A DNA stretch of 64,000 nucleotides from Camelus ferus (lineage: Eukaryota). Shown piece after piece: positions 62,232 through 64,000 of the stretch. The translations under genes were made by a program, and so were the position numbers. The notes below the pieces were generated by a model. It was given only the letters and a program-made list of their open reading frames with translations. It made no database searches and was not told the DNA's origin. The stretch is taken from positions 70,806,001-70,870,000 of the forward strand of contig NC_045696.1 in NCBI RefSeq assembly GCF_009834535.1, read 5' to 3'. Positions within the stretch are counted from its first letter, which is position 1. The number at the start of each line of letters is the position of its first letter.

Positions 62232-62560
62232 CTCTGCTCAGTGTGGTCCTGAGTCAGCAGCACAGGCATCACAGGGGAGCTGGTGAGAAATGCAGGCTCT
62301 CGGGCCCCACCTCAGACCTGCTCAGTCAGAATCTTCATCTTTATTTGTTTTTGGATTTTTTTCTTGGGGGGGGTGTAATTAGGTTTCTTTCTTTCTTTAT
62401 TATTATTACTTTTTTACTTGAAGTATTGGGGGTTGAACCCAGGACCTCATGCATGCTAAGCATGCACTCTACCATTTGAGCGATACCCTCCCCCCAGAAT
62501 CTGCATCTTAATAAGCTCTTCTAGAGGGTCGGCCACATTCAGTTTGAGGACATCAACTGA
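62232..62560. mobile_element. MER5A-like hAT-Charlie DNA transposon (interrupted by the SINE)
   Basis: cagtgtggtcc...gggagctggtgagaaatgcag...gggccccacctcagacct...cagaatctgcat...aag...cacattcagtttgag resembles the MER5A consensus. Confidence 0.65.
62342..62494 (-). mobile_element. Second copy of the same tRNA-Ala-derived SINE, inserted in a MER5A-like element
   Basis: Same head and tail structure; 15-bp TSD CAGAATCT(T/G)CATCTT at 62327-62341 and 62495-62509. Confidence 0.87.
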
Positions 62561-63429
62561 CAGCACTGTGTTTAAAGGCCACACAGTCTCCCATAGCATG
62601 GCTAAACTGCAGTCTCTTTCACCTCTCGCTGGTGGGGATTTCCCCCATGACAAGAAGCTGACTGCTTCTTGGGCTTCCCAAAGCTGTCCTTGACCTTCGG
62701 CACATCTTCCCTCTAGCAGGGTGCTCCTCCTTTGCTGCAGGCCCCCCACCCCTACCCCACACTTCTTCCCACTTCCCAGATGACCTCTTGGCCCATTTGG
62801 GTTCACCCTCAGGAGATTCCTGACAGCTGGGAAAGCACTGTCCGTGCGTGTTCTTCATGGGCTGAACACACACTGCCCACCTCTGTCCTTACCTTCCTGC
62901 ACCTGGACCCAGGCCTGGAGATGCAGACTCCCCTCAGGTCATGTCCATGTTCTGGGCAGAGCCCTTGACAAAAAGCCAGTGCCCAGGCCCCTCCAGCGGG
63001 CAGTCAAGGCTTGGCAATGCCTCATCCCCTTCAGAAAGTCCTTTCAATCTGCTGCTCCCACAAACCGTCTCACTCCTGTCACCTCCAGCTCAACCTAGCT
63101 TCCCCCCTCAATGCTGTTTGGGACTCCTTCTACTGCCCATCCCAGCCTCCCCCACACCCCCCCCCACACACACCCCCACACCATCTCTGTATCCCATCCC
63201 CAGACCCTCCCTTCCTCAGGTCCCCTCTGATGGAGAAACATCCTCTCAGTCCCTCCTCTCCACCCCACAACGTTCCTCCCCTCGCTTACTGCCCCCATCC
63301 CTAGAAACAGACTCCCACTTACTCACCCTCACTCCTCCCTTTCCAACTTCCTCAATTTTCACCTCTCCCTCAAATTCCAGTCCTGTCCCTGGGAAAGGAA
63401 AACCTCCTCTGGTCCCACCCTGCCTGTGT

Positions 63430-63900
63430 GTGGTCCGAGGTGGGGTAGGGGGACGTTCCCGGGGGAGGATGCCCTGCGGGGCCGCCCACCCAGCTCACCC
63501 GACCTGAGCACAGTGAATGGAGCCCCTGTGTGCCTGCGCTCTGCGGGCGGGATGTCAACGGCCAGCGTGTCATTGGGTGAAAAGAGGCCCAAGGATGGCT
63601 GTGAGGCAGCCCTGAAAATTATCCCCGACCCACCGGCCCAGGGGTGAGCCAGATGCCACTTGTCAGGCAGGAAAGAATGATAGTGAAAAGTAAACTATGA
63701 CCCCGACGACCTCGCTGGGCTTCCGTGGGGGCTGGGCTTCCCGGGTCAGTGCCACTGTCCTCACAGCGCCCGCTGAACCAAAGTCCCCGGAACCAAAGGC
63801 GGATGCTCTGAGCTTCACCTGCCACCAGCCCACTCCGCGGTTCCGCAGGGAGAGTCCATGGGTCCCGCGGCGCCCGCTACAGTGAAGCTTGCTCGCTCTA
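63430..63900. promoter_or_regulatory. CpG-rich patch
   Basis: Elevated CpG relative to flanks, preceded by a C-rich tract at 63100-63400. Confidence 0.35.
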
Positions 63901-64000
63901 TAAACGTTTGATAAGCAATTGGGGGAGATAGTCTCAAAATAATACAGATCAGCTTCTATTTTTACCAATCAAAATAGTAAGGATTTTTTTTTTTAACGAG

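Noticed and set aside
1..64000. A second gene or a novel multi-gene system
   Set aside because: Outside EPHB3 I found no spliceable exon chain or ORF with recognisable non-transposon homology; the remaining sequence is explained by common repeats and candidate cis-regulatory DNA

Overview
Mammalian genomic DNA, probably camelid, inferred from two tRNA-Ala-derived vic-1-type SINE copies. It holds one complete protein-coding gene, EPHB3 (ephrin type-B receptor 3), on the minus strand. I traced 16 coding exons from ATG 32774 to TGA 14083. All introns are GT-AG, the phases are consistent, and the 3009 nt CDS gives 1002 aa. The gene has a CpG-island promoter (about 32000-33650) and an AATAAA at 13330-13335. 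The rest of the window is intergenic DNA rich in MIR, L2, L1, MaLR/ERVL LTR and hAT elements, with three orphan CpG-rich patches. Almost all other ORFs in the track are spurious or repeat-derived. I found no convincing novel biological system. The best leads concern regulation and isoforms: (i) an in-frame stop plus intronic AATAAA just after the transmembrane exon, which could give a kinase-less receptor; (ii) three short 3n, stop-free introns whose retention keeps frame; (iii) a dense TCF/RBPJ/ETS/E-box cluster about 2.3-3 kb upstream; (iv) an uninterrupted coding (CCG)11; (v) deeply nested and chimeric retroelement structures. Repeat family names and comparisons with human or mouse come from recall, not from a search, and repeat boundaries are approximate unless TSDs are given.
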